A DNA stretch of 43,517 bases from Pirellulales bacterium (lineage in GTDB: Bacteria; Planctomycetota; Planctomycetia; Pirellulales; JAICIG01), in the NCBI GenBank assembly GCA_040901675.1, contig JBBDYJ010000001.1, forward strand, positions 1 through 43,517, in the 5' to 3' direction. Position numbers and translations under genes: made by a program. This document shows, in pieces, positions 1 to 8,073 of the stretch (the first letter of the stretch is position 1; every line of letters begins with the position of its first letter). Under the pieces are notes generated by a model. It did not search any database, was not told the DNA's origin, and was given only the letters and a program-made list of their open reading frames with translations.

Positions 1-31
1 CAAACTACCCCTCAGTGGCCAAATGGGGAAG

Positions 32-229
32 TTATTTTTCGGCCGTTCCTAAGATGGCGATCTGCCTACTGTTTCCCGCATCAAGCAGGGCCAGCCATGC
101 TCCCACATTTCCCGACTCGGGGCCATCGCCAATGTCAATCTGCGCTACACGCCGCCAGACCTGGCACCAGACCAACGCCCCGGTCATGAACAGCAGCGCT
201 GCCCAAGTTAACCAATGGAGTTTTTTCAC
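32..229 (-). CDS. Possible small membrane protein (65 aa)
   Basis: C-terminal part of ORF 32..883. A GTG at 229 overlaps the TGA stop of the upstream gene (GTGA coupling). Basic N-terminus then a hydrophobic stretch (KKLHWLTWAALLFMTGALVWC). Confidence 0.35.
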   Translation of the reverse strand: MKKLHWLTWAALLFMTGALVWCQVWRRVAQIDIGDGPESGNVGAWLALLDAGNSRQIAILGTAEK

Positions 230-585
230 TCGATCCGCAGCAGGCAATAGCCGTTTGGCCGCCGCTCGTAGACCGCGATGGCCGCCGGATCGGCCAGGGT
301 TCTCATGACCTGCATTTGGCTGTCCAGCGCAACTCGGATGTGGCCCGGCCTGGGCATCGTTCGCTCGCCTTGCATTGGCCCGTCGACAAAGGGGATCAAC
401 CCTTCGTCCGCGGACTGGAATCCCTGGAACTCGAAGACGCCTTCGGCGGTCTCGCGATAGACGGCCAGCGCGGCCGGCCGGCCGTCGGTCGGGTGCATCG
501 TGCCATCCAGGGCGACCATGATCAACTCCGCCTCCCGCTCGGTTTCGATTCCGTCGGCCGGGCCGCCTTGCAACGTGGCTTTCAT
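226..585 (-). CDS. Hypothetical protein with two internal GGP/DGP-x-[D/Q]G repeats
   Basis: ATG at 585 preceded by purine-rich AAGGACGAAGG. Two similar halves: LQGGPADG...AVYRE...FEFQG and FVDGPMQG...AVYER...YCLLR. Confidence 0.65.
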   Translation of the reverse strand: MKATLQGGPADGIETEREAELIMVALDGTMHPTDGRPAALAVYRETAEGVFEFQGFQSADEGLIPFVDGPMQGERTMPRPGHIRVALDSQMQVMRTLADPAAIAVYERRPNGYCLLRIE

Positions 586-828
586 CGCCTTCGTCCTTGC
601 CTTTGGGGTTGCCGCGTCGTCCACCCCTTGCCGGTTCGTCAGTTTCCACCGGCCGCCCGCCGGCGTCAATCCCGGATCCAGGCCGGGTCGCGACGCTTGT
701 CAGCCCAAGTGCGAATGATATGCTGCTGGCTCGATGTGCAACGGGGCTTCGACATGCGGTGCGGCTGCCGTCGATCGTATTGCGGATTCTTTCCGTTCCA
801 CCTATCACCTTCGCTCGACCGGCGATCG

Positions 829-1224
829 ATGCACAAACCACGGCTTCTGATTGTGGACGACAAGCCGGACGTGGCGGGGGCATTTGCCGAAATGGCCCGG
901 CAATGCGAGTACCGATGCCTGATAGCCGACTGCGGCATGACCGCTCTGGAGATTGCCGGTTGGTGGCTGCCCAACGTGGTCGTGGTCGATCTCGACATGC
1001 CCGACGACGGGTACGGACTCTGCTCGAAGTTGCGTTCGATCCTCGACCGGTCCCTGCTGATTGCGGTCAGCGATGAGCCCGTCGATCAAGCGCAGCTTTA
1101 CAAGGCGGAATTTCACCACTATCTGGTGAAGCCGGTGAGCCTCGACCGGCTCAAAGACTTGTTGGCCGTTCCCCGCCAGGCGGCGGACCAAGGTGCTTGG
1201 CCTGGGCAACCCGGCTCCGCCTGA
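829..1224 (+). CDS. Single-domain response regulator (receiver domain)
   Basis: Motifs LLIVDD, phospho-acceptor VVVVDLDMPD, IAVS and YLVKP. Start moved to ATG 829 within ORF 316..1224. Confidence 0.9.
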   Translation: MHKPRLLIVDDKPDVAGAFAEMARQCEYRCLIADCGMTALEIAGWWLPNVVVVDLDMPDDGYGLCSKLRSILDRSLLIAVSDEPVDQAQLYKAEFHHYLVKPVSLDRLKDLLAVPRQAADQGAWPGQPGSA

Positions 1225-1503
1225 GCCAGAGCCGTCCGGCCGCAAGGTGGTTCAGTACCGGTCCCTGGCGCGGAACTGAATGTAGGCGGCAGGCCGCCTG
1301 GTTGCACTCGCGCAGTTCTCGCACCTGCGTCGATCCGCGAGATCTCCGGATCCCATCCTCTTTTCCAGAGATGGACGACCGTAGAGACGGAAGGAAATCC
1401 ACAGATTACGCTGATTTACGCAGACTTTTGAAACTGTAAACCGGCGAAGGCTGCTGGGTTTTTTCTTGAGGCAGCGAGCGCTTTTACCGAGCGCCGCCTG
1501 GCT

Positions 1504-1845
1504 CTAGACTGGTCCGTCGGCCCGGTACTTGATGACCTGCACGCGTTCCAGCGTGACGAGGCCCTCGCTGACCATGGCGTCGACGTGGGGCATCAGCTCG
1601 TCGATCTTCTCCTTGGAATCGACGATCTCGATGACCATCGGCAAGTCCTCGGACAACCGCAGGATCTTGGCCGTGTGCAGCCGGCTGTTGGCCCCAAAAC
1701 CCATCGGGCCGCGAAGCACGGTAGCGCCGGCCAGGTGCAGCTCCCTGGCCTTCATCACGATCGCCTCGTAAAGCGGGCTGCCGTGCCACCGATCGCTTTC
1801 GCCGATGAAGATTCGCAGCAGCCAGCCTTCCTGAGGGATTTTCAT
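1504..1845 (-). CDS. DUF190 (PII-like) protein
   Basis: Motifs LLRIFIGESDRW, PLYEAIV, GATVLRGPMGFG, LHTAKILRLSEDLP. Lies directly downstream of crcB, the usual pairing. Confidence 0.92.
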   Translation of the reverse strand: MKIPQEGWLLRIFIGESDRWHGSPLYEAIVMKARELHLAGATVLRGPMGFGANSRLHTAKILRLSEDLPMVIEIVDSKEKIDELMPHVDAMVSEGLVTLERVQVIKYRADGPV

Positions 1846-1848
1846 GCG

Positions 1849-2229
1849 TCACACTCCGAACCACCGTTCCGCCATCCGGTACCCGATCCACACGGCCGCG
1901 AAGCCCAGCCCGCAGCTCAGCGTCACGTTGGCAGCGGCCATGCGGAATTGGCCCTCGTTGGCCAGGTTGAACGTTTCCAGCCCGAACGCCGAAAAGGTCG
2001 TGAAGCCGCCCAGCAGGCCGACCAACAGTCCGATCCGGTATTCCGGGCGGACCAGAACCGTGGGGAACCAGCCGCTCAGGAAACCGATGGCCAGGCAGCC
2101 GACCAGGTTGACGGCCAGCGTGCCCGCCGGAAAACCGCCCGCCGACAGCCGCTGGAACCAACCTTGCATGGCGTATCGCAGCACGGAGCCAAACGCCCCG
2201 CCCAAGGCGATCAACAGGTATTTGGTCAT
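1849..2229 (-). CDS. crcB: Fluoride channel FluC/CrcB
   Basis: Motifs GGAFGSVLRY, GTLAVNLVG, GLLGGFTTFSAFGLET. Four hydrophobic segments. Start ATG 2229. Confidence 0.95.
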   Translation of the reverse strand: MTKYLLIALGGAFGSVLRYAMQGWFQRLSAGGFPAGTLAVNLVGCLAIGFLSGWFPTVLVRPEYRIGLLVGLLGGFTTFSAFGLETFNLANEGQFRMAAANVTLSCGLGFAAVWIGYRMAERWFGV

Positions 2230-2319
2230 TCTTTCTTCCAATGGGCCAGGGTCGCCAGGCGGAATTGAAAGTGTCGCCGCTCGTTCATGGCCGCAAGCAG
2301 CCGCGGTTCTCTTCGATTG

Positions 2320-2925
2320 CTATCGCGATTGGTCGAGCAAATCGCGCACGACTCGAAACGGGGCAGGGCGCCGCTTGGACCAAAGCCAGCGGACATCGAA
2401 ACGCAAACCGGGCAAGACCTTGCTTTCGAATACGGATCCTCGGACAACCATCGGCTGGAACTTGCCGCGCTGGCGGCGTAGGAAAGTCGCGGCCTGCTTG
2501 CCGGGATCGATGATCCAATATTCCCGAACTCCCGCCTTTTCGTAAACGTGCCGCTTGACGACATAGTCCCGCTCGACGCTGTCGGGGCTGACAATCTCCA
2601 CGGCGATATCGGGAGGCCCGTCCACAAATCCTCTTTGCACCAGCCGCAGCCGCCGCTTGGCCACAAATGCGACATCCGGCTCCGGTCCCCGCTTCTCGGT
2701 GATCCGGAATGCGACCCGTGTGACAAACACCTCCCCCAGATCCAATTCGTCCGCGAAGTTACCCATCAGCTTGTAAAGCCACCCGCCTAGCCTGTTGTCG
2801 TCGGTGCTTTCGGGCGACGCCATGTAAATCACCCCGTCGAGCAAGTCGGCCTTCTCATGTTCCTTGATCAGAACCAGGAAGTCGTCGAACGTGTACTGGC
2901 CGGAGCGCTGCGCGATGGAAGCCAT
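2320..2925 (-). CDS. Uma2 family (DUF820) restriction-endonuclease-like protein, copy 1
   Basis: Motifs LLDGVIYMASP, PEPDVAFV, PDIAVEIVSP, KRHVYEKAGVREYWIIDP. RBS AGGAGGT before ATG 2925. Confidence 0.92.
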   Translation of the reverse strand: MASIAQRSGQYTFDDFLVLIKEHEKADLLDGVIYMASPESTDDNRLGGWLYKLMGNFADELDLGEVFVTRVAFRITEKRGPEPDVAFVAKRRLRLVQRGFVDGPPDIAVEIVSPDSVERDYVVKRHVYEKAGVREYWIIDPGKQAATFLRRQRGKFQPMVVRGSVFESKVLPGLRFDVRWLWSKRRPAPFRVVRDLLDQSR

Positions 2926-3002
2926 GCGGCACCTCCTGAGGGAACAACCGCCGACCGAACGATGGAACCTGCCGCGGCGGCTGGCAACCGCGGCCGTCAC
3001 GT

Positions 3003-3011
3003 AGTCTACCA
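3003..3011 (-). promoter_or_regulatory. Putative extended -10 promoter (TGGTAGACT) for Uma2 copy 1
   Basis: Fits the TGnTAnnnT pattern. The same 9-mer is conserved at 7925..7933, at the end of the duplicated unit. Confidence 0.5.
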
Positions 3012-3036
3012 CGGCGGCGGGCGGAGCGGCGACGCG

Positions 3037-4497
3037 TTACGCGAGAATCTCGGTAACGACCTTGCCGTAAACGTCGGTGAGACGGAAGTCGCGGCCGGCG
3101 TAGTTGAACGTCAGCCGGCGATGATCGAGGCCCAATAGATGAAGGACCGTGGCGTGCCAGTCGTGAATGTGCACGGGGTTTTCCACCGCCTGGTAGCCGT
3201 ATTCGTCGGTGGCGCCGAAGCTCATGCCCCTCTTCACGCCGCCCCCCGCCATCCAGATGGTGTAGCCCTTGTTGTTGTGGTCGCGGCCGTGCCCGCTCTG
3301 GCCATACGGCGTGCGGCCGAACTCGCCGGCCCAGACGACCAGCGTGTCTTCGAGCAATCCACGCTGCTTCAGGTCGATCAGCAGCGCGGCAACCGGCCGG
3401 TCGGTGGCGGCGCAACTCTTCGCCAACTCGTCCTTGATCAGGAAGTGGTGGTCCCAACCGACCGGTGCGGTGATCTCGATGAACCGCACGCCCGCTTCCG
3501 CCAGCCGGCGAGCCAGGATGCACTGGCGGCCGAAGCGGTTGGTCGGCAGCCCCGGGCCGACGCCGTACAGGTCGAGGATCGACTGGGGCTCGGACTCTAG
3601 ATCGAGGACTCCGGGAACCTCGTCCTGCATGCGGAAGGCGAGCTCGAACGATTCGATCGCGCCTTCGATCTCGGGATGATAGACGTCGCGCTGGAGCTTG
3701 TGCAGATTGAGGTTCCGCACCAGGTCGAGCTGCGCCCGTTGCAGCTCGCGCGGAATGTCGGCGTTGTCGATGTTTCTCAGCGGCGGCCCGGGCTCTTCGT
3801 CCTTGCCCAACAAGGCCGCGTAGAACCCGGGGATCTGGTTGCCGCCGATCCTGGTCCCCTGGCAGATCGCCGGGAGAAAGGCGCTACCGTAGTTCCGCGC
3901 GCCCCCATTGTCCGACGGAGGGTTCACCGTGATGAAGCCTGGCAGGTTGGCGTTCTCGCTGCCCAGGCCGTACAGCGTCCAGGCGCCGACCGACGGCCGC
4001 ACGAACTGGAAGCTGCCGGTGTGCATTTGCGTGAAGGCCTGCGAGTGGTTCGGCAGGTCGGTGTGCATGCCGCGGATGCAACACAGCTCGTCGGCCTGGC
4101 CGGCCAGGTGGGGCAAGACTTCCGAAACCCAGAGGCCCGCCTCGCCGTGCTGGGCGAACTTGAACGGCGAGCCGAGCAGCCTGGCTCCGCCCTGGCCGGG
4201 ACCGATGCCCGCGGGTTCGCCCGAGCGGGCGTTCAGGGCCGGCTTGTAGTCGAACAGGTCGACGTGCGAGGGCCCGCCGTTCATGCACAGGAAGATGACG
4301 CGCTTGGCCCGCGCTGGGAAATGGGGCGACTGGGGGGCCAGCCCGCCCGCGGCAGCCCGCGAGGCGGCTTCTCTGGCCGCCGCCTCGTGAGCCAAGCCGG
4401 CGAACGCCAGGTAGCCGAAACCGGAAGCGAACGACCGCAGCGCGTGGCGCCGCGAGACGACCGGCGCCGGACGACCGTCAAGTTTCCTGGTTGCCAT
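3037..4497 (-). CDS. DUF1501 domain protein (sulfatase-like fold, Tat signal)
   Basis: Twin-arginine SRRHALR. Motifs AKRVIFLCMNGGPSHVDLFDYKP, ARRLAEAGVRF, GWDHH, GEFGRTP, GRDHN. RBS GGAGG before ATG 4497. Confidence 0.93.
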   Translation of the reverse strand: MATRKLDGRPAPVVSRRHALRSFASGFGYLAFAGLAHEAAAREAASRAAAGGLAPQSPHFPARAKRVIFLCMNGGPSHVDLFDYKPALNARSGEPAGIGPGQGGARLLGSPFKFAQHGEAGLWVSEVLPHLAGQADELCCIRGMHTDLPNHSQAFTQMHTGSFQFVRPSVGAWTLYGLGSENANLPGFITVNPPSDNGGARNYGSAFLPAICQGTRIGGNQIPGFYAALLGKDEEPGPPLRNIDNADIPRELQRAQLDLVRNLNLHKLQRDVYHPEIEGAIESFELAFRMQDEVPGVLDLESEPQSILDLYGVGPGLPTNRFGRQCILARRLAEAGVRFIEITAPVGWDHHFLIKDELAKSCAATDRPVAALLIDLKQRGLLEDTLVVWAGEFGRTPYGQSGHGRDHNNKGYTIWMAGGGVKRGMSFGATDEYGYQAVENPVHIHDWHATVLHLLGLDHRRLTFNYAGRDFRLTDVYGKVVTEILA

Positions 4498-4510
4498 GAG
4501 CGATTGCCTC

Positions 4511-7036
4511 CTAATCGAGGTTCCTGAATTCGGCGGTCGACAGCAGGGCCTGGCAGTAGGCGGCCAGAAGCCGCCGGCGCGCCTGTTGGCCGTCTCCGCC
4601 CGCATCCTCGTCTCCCGCGAGGTTCTTTCCCTGCTCGAGAAACGCGGCGGCCATTTTTGCCTCATCGGCGTCCGCCTCGCGGCTGAAGCAGAGTAAAAAG
4701 GCGCGACGGATGCGCTGCTCGTCGTCGTCGGCCTCGCGGATCAGACGCTCGGCCAAGGCCCTGGCCCGCGACTGTACGAACGAACCGTTCATCAAGTACA
4801 GGGCCTGGAGGGGGACGTTGGTCGTCTCGCGATCGCCGCTGACAAGGCTCGGTTCGGCGAAATCGAACAGGTCCAGGACTTCGGGCAGCCGATCGCGGAG
4901 CACGGGCAGGTAAACCGAGCGGTGCAGCGAGCCGTCGAGATCCGCGGGCAAGCTGGCATCCAGGCCGATGAGCGAAATCGGCCGATCGCCGATGTGGCGC
5001 GCCACGAGCGAGCCGGCCGGGCGCGCGGCGTCGAGCTCGCCGGAAACAACCAGCATGGCGTCGCGAATGGCTTCGGCATCCAGGCGCCGCTTGGCGGCCC
5101 GCCACAGCAGCCGGTTGTCGGGATCGGCGCGGAATGCGGCCTCGTGGTACGTGGAGGCCTGGCGATACGTGCGGGACAGCACGATCTCCCGGACCAGCTT
5201 CTTTACCGACCAGCCGTCGGCCACGAAGCGGACCGCCAGGTGGTCGAGCAGCTCCCTGTGGCTGGGCCGCTCGCCGCTGAATCCGAAGTTGTCGACCGTG
5301 CGCACGATGCCCGCGCCGAACAAGTGCCGCCATACGCGGTTGGTCATCACGCGGGCCGTCAGCGGATGGTCCGGGTGGGTAAGCCAGCGGGCCAACTCGA
5401 GCCGCCCGCTCTGATCGGAAGGAATTCTTGGGGCCTCGGCGATCTCGACGACCCGCGGAAAGCCGCGCGGCACGGTCTTGCCGGGCCGGCCGATCTCGCC
5501 GCGCTCCAACAACGGCGCGTCGACGTTCCGCTCGCCATCCAGGACGCCCATGGCCAAGGGCAGAGCTTGACCCGAGTCGTCCACTTTCTCCAGTTCGCCT
5601 TCGATGCCTCCCGACCTCCAGAAGATCCGCAACGCGTCGCGCAGCGTAAAGAACTTTTCCGGATCCTCCCCGGTCTGGAGCGCCTTGGCGACGGCGGCCA
5701 TGCCTTCTGCCTCCTCCTTCTGGAGCGCCGCCAGCTCGGCTTTCAAGCCGGCCACGCGCTCGGGCGGAATGGATGCATGGAAGATCGGCTGGCCGGCGCC
5801 GCGCGGCAGGACCAAGGGATCGCCGCCAACCCGGTTGGCCGGCGACACAAAGGTGCCGAAATAGGTCTTGGTGCTGGCGAACACGCCGGCCAGCGCGTAA
5901 TAATCGTCCATCGAAAACGGGTCGAACTTGTGGTCGTGACAACGCGCGCAAGCCACCGAGTTGGCCATCACCGCCCGCGAAACGGCGTCGATCTGTTCGT
6001 CGATGACGTCGGCCGCAAACTGCAACGCGTTTCCCTCCTCGAGGTTCTTGGGTCCCAGCGCCAAGAAGCCCGTGGCGATCAGCAGCCGCGCACGCTGGGC
6101 GTCGCTTTCGTAGGGGAGCAAGTCGCCCGCGATCTGTTCCACGAGAAAACGATCGAAGGGCATGTCGGCATTCACCGCGTCGATGACGTAGTCGCGGTAG
6201 CGCCAGGCATACGGGAACGAGATGTTCGCTTCCATGCCGCTCGATTCGGCGAAGCGGGCCACGTCGAGCCAGTGCCTCCCCCACCGCTCGCCGAACTGCT
6301 CGGACGCCAGCAAGGAATCGACTTCCGCCTCCAGGGCCGCGTCGAGGCCGTCGGCCGCGATCCGCTCGCGAAAATCAGAAACCACCGCCGGCGACGGAGG
6401 CAGCCCCACGAGGTCGAAGTGCAGCCGCCGCAGCAAGGTTGCCGGCTCGGCATCCGCGGAGGGCGCCAGGCCGGCCGCCTCCAGCTTCGCCAGGATGAAG
6501 TGGTCGAGATCGCGCTTGGCCCAAGCGGGATTGCTGGCGGCCGGAGGTTGCTGGGCCGCGGGCTTTTGGAAGGCCCAGAACTGGCGGCCTGTCTCAATAT
6601 CCACCGGCGGGCTCGGCACGCCGGCGGCCTCGTCGTCGCGGGGATCGGCGGCGCCCGCCGCAATCCATGCCTTCACGTCGGCAACGACCGATTCGGGCAG
6701 GCGCTCCCGCTTGGGAGGCATCTGGAGATCCGGGTCGGAATGGGAAATGGCGGTGAGCAGAATGCTCGCATCGGGGTCGCCGGGCACGACGGCCGGGCCG
6801 CGATCCCCACCAGCCCGAATCGTCTTCATCGAATCGAGCCGCAGTCCGCCCTCCGATTTGCCGGCCGCGGCCGAATGGCATTCGTAGCAACGGTCGACGA
6901 GGATCGGCCGGATCCTGGTTTCGAAGAATGCGATCCTGGCGGCGGCGTCCTCGGCGGCCGCCTGTCCGGCCGAAGCGACGGTGGGGCCGCTCGCCAGCAG
7001 GAGGATCATGCAGAGCATTGATCGGCACAGTGGCAT
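4511..7036 (-). CDS. Planctomycete cytochrome c / DUF1549 (PSCyt2) / DUF1553 (PSD1) protein
   Basis: Signal peptide. Haem-binding motifs CYECH and CARCHDHKFDP. Motifs GERWGRHWLDVARFAES, HPLTARVMTNRVW, RRLDAEAIRDAML, PLQALYLMN. Start ATG 7036 is approximate. Confidence 0.93.
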   Translation of the reverse strand: MPLCRSMLCMILLLASGPTVASAGQAAAEDAAARIAFFETRIRPILVDRCYECHSAAAGKSEGGLRLDSMKTIRAGGDRGPAVVPGDPDASILLTAISHSDPDLQMPPKRERLPESVVADVKAWIAAGAADPRDDEAAGVPSPPVDIETGRQFWAFQKPAAQQPPAASNPAWAKRDLDHFILAKLEAAGLAPSADAEPATLLRRLHFDLVGLPPSPAVVSDFRERIAADGLDAALEAEVDSLLASEQFGERWGRHWLDVARFAESSGMEANISFPYAWRYRDYVIDAVNADMPFDRFLVEQIAGDLLPYESDAQRARLLIATGFLALGPKNLEEGNALQFAADVIDEQIDAVSRAVMANSVACARCHDHKFDPFSMDDYYALAGVFASTKTYFGTFVSPANRVGGDPLVLPRGAGQPIFHASIPPERVAGLKAELAALQKEEAEGMAAVAKALQTGEDPEKFFTLRDALRIFWRSGGIEGELEKVDDSGQALPLAMGVLDGERNVDAPLLERGEIGRPGKTVPRGFPRVVEIAEAPRIPSDQSGRLELARWLTHPDHPLTARVMTNRVWRHLFGAGIVRTVDNFGFSGERPSHRELLDHLAVRFVADGWSVKKLVREIVLSRTYRQASTYHEAAFRADPDNRLLWRAAKRRLDAEAIRDAMLVVSGELDAARPAGSLVARHIGDRPISLIGLDASLPADLDGSLHRSVYLPVLRDRLPEVLDLFDFAEPSLVSGDRETTNVPLQALYLMNGSFVQSRARALAERLIREADDDEQRIRRAFLLCFSREADADEAKMAAAFLEQGKNLAGDEDAGGDGQQARRRLLAAYCQALLSTAEFRNLD

Positions 7037-7156
7037 GGCAATTTCGGCCTGGCAGGCGATTTGCCGAAAGCGGACCCTCTCGCTTCCGAAAAAGCAGCTT
7101 GACGTGCCTGCGGGCGTACTGGGCGGTGTTGAGTGCAGGCGCAGGCCGCCCTCGGC

Positions 7157-7165
7157 ATTATACCA
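7157..7165 (-). promoter_or_regulatory. Extended -10 promoter TGGTATAAT for the DUF1553-DUF1501 operon
   Basis: Perfect TGnTATAAT on the minus strand, about 120 nt upstream of the start, in otherwise GC-rich DNA. Confidence 0.65.
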
Positions 7166-7220
7166 CGGCAGCCGGCTCACCCCAGGGCCACAGGCCCGAG
7201 AGAAGAACTCCCAGGGGATG

Positions 7221-7935
7221 GCCGCGGTTCTCTTCGATGGTTATCGCGATTGGTCGAGTAACTCCCGCAACACTCGAAACGGCGACGGGCGCCGCTTGGA
7301 CCAGAGCCAGCGCACGTCGAAACGAAAACCGGGCAGCACCTTGCTCTCGACTATGGAGCCATTGAGAACCATCGGCTGGAACTTGCCGCGCTGGCGGCGG
7401 AGGAAAGCGGCGGCCTGCTTGCCGGGGTCGATGATCCAGTATTCCCGCACTCCCGCCTTCTCATAAACCTGCCGCTTGGTGACATAGTCCCGCTCGACGC
7501 TGTCGGGGCTGACGATCTCCACGGCGATATCGGGCGGGCCGTTCACAAATCCTCTCTGCACCAGCCGCAGGCGCCGCTTGGCCACAAATGCGACATCGGG
7601 CTCCGGGCCCCGCTTCTCGGTGATCCGGAACGCCACCCGTGTGACAAACACCTTTCCCAGCTCTAATTCGTCCGCGAAGCCGACCATCAGCGTTGAGAGC
7701 CAAGCGACCAGCTCGTTGTCGTCGGTGCTTTCCGGTGATGCCATGTAGATGACTCCATCGAGCAAGTCGGCCTTCTCATCCGGGTTGATCAGAACCAGGA
7801 AGTCGTCGAAAGTGTACTGCCCAGTGCGGGGTACGATGGAAGCCATGCGGACACCTTCATTGCGGAACAAGCGCCAACCGACCGACGCGACTGCCGCGGC
7901 TGGCCGGCAACCGCGCCGTCAGGTAGTCTACCACG
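7221..7935. repeat. Direct repeat copy 2 (pairs with 2300..3013)
   Basis: Same end sequences and a paralogous gene, as for copy 1. Confidence 0.9.
7241..7846 (-). CDS. Uma2 family protein, copy 2
   Basis: Same motifs and length (201 aa) as copy 1. About 27 amino-acid differences by hand count. Confidence 0.92.
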   Translation of the reverse strand: MASIVPRTGQYTFDDFLVLINPDEKADLLDGVIYMASPESTDDNELVAWLSTLMVGFADELELGKVFVTRVAFRITEKRGPEPDVAFVAKRRLRLVQRGFVNGPPDIAVEIVSPDSVERDYVTKRQVYEKAGVREYWIIDPGKQAAAFLRRQRGKFQPMVLNGSIVESKVLPGFRFDVRWLWSKRRPSPFRVLRELLDQSR

Positions 7936-8073
7936 AATTCGGGTGTCAGGGGTCAGTGGTGTGGTCCCCGGACCGGCGCAGCGGCTTCCCTTGGTTCCCT
8001 TGCTTGCCGTGTTGCGATGGGGCACAAAGGGCCTACAATCAGATGATCTGTCTCCCGCTCAAAGGAGGCTCGT

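Larger units (their letters stand above)
2300..3013. repeat. Direct repeat copy 1 (~715 bp, pairs with 7221..7935): Uma2 gene plus both flanks
   Basis: Both copies begin GCCGCGGTTCTCTTCGAT and end GTAGTCTACCACG. The enclosed genes are close paralogues. Confidence 0.9.

Noticed and set aside
2230..2320. Fluoride riboswitch upstream of crcB
   Set aside because: The minus strand lacks the GATGG...GCTGATGAC-type core of the crcB motif, and the gap is short. An Infernal scan with the Rfam fluoride riboswitch model would settle it.
4922..7021. 699-aa plus-strand ORF
   Set aside because: Antisense shadow of the DUF1553 gene, expected in high-GC DNA. No recognisable motifs.
2300..7935. Diversity-generating retroelement template/variable repeat pair
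   Set aside because: The differences between the copies are not confined to adenines, both copies are whole intact genes, and no reverse transcriptase is present.
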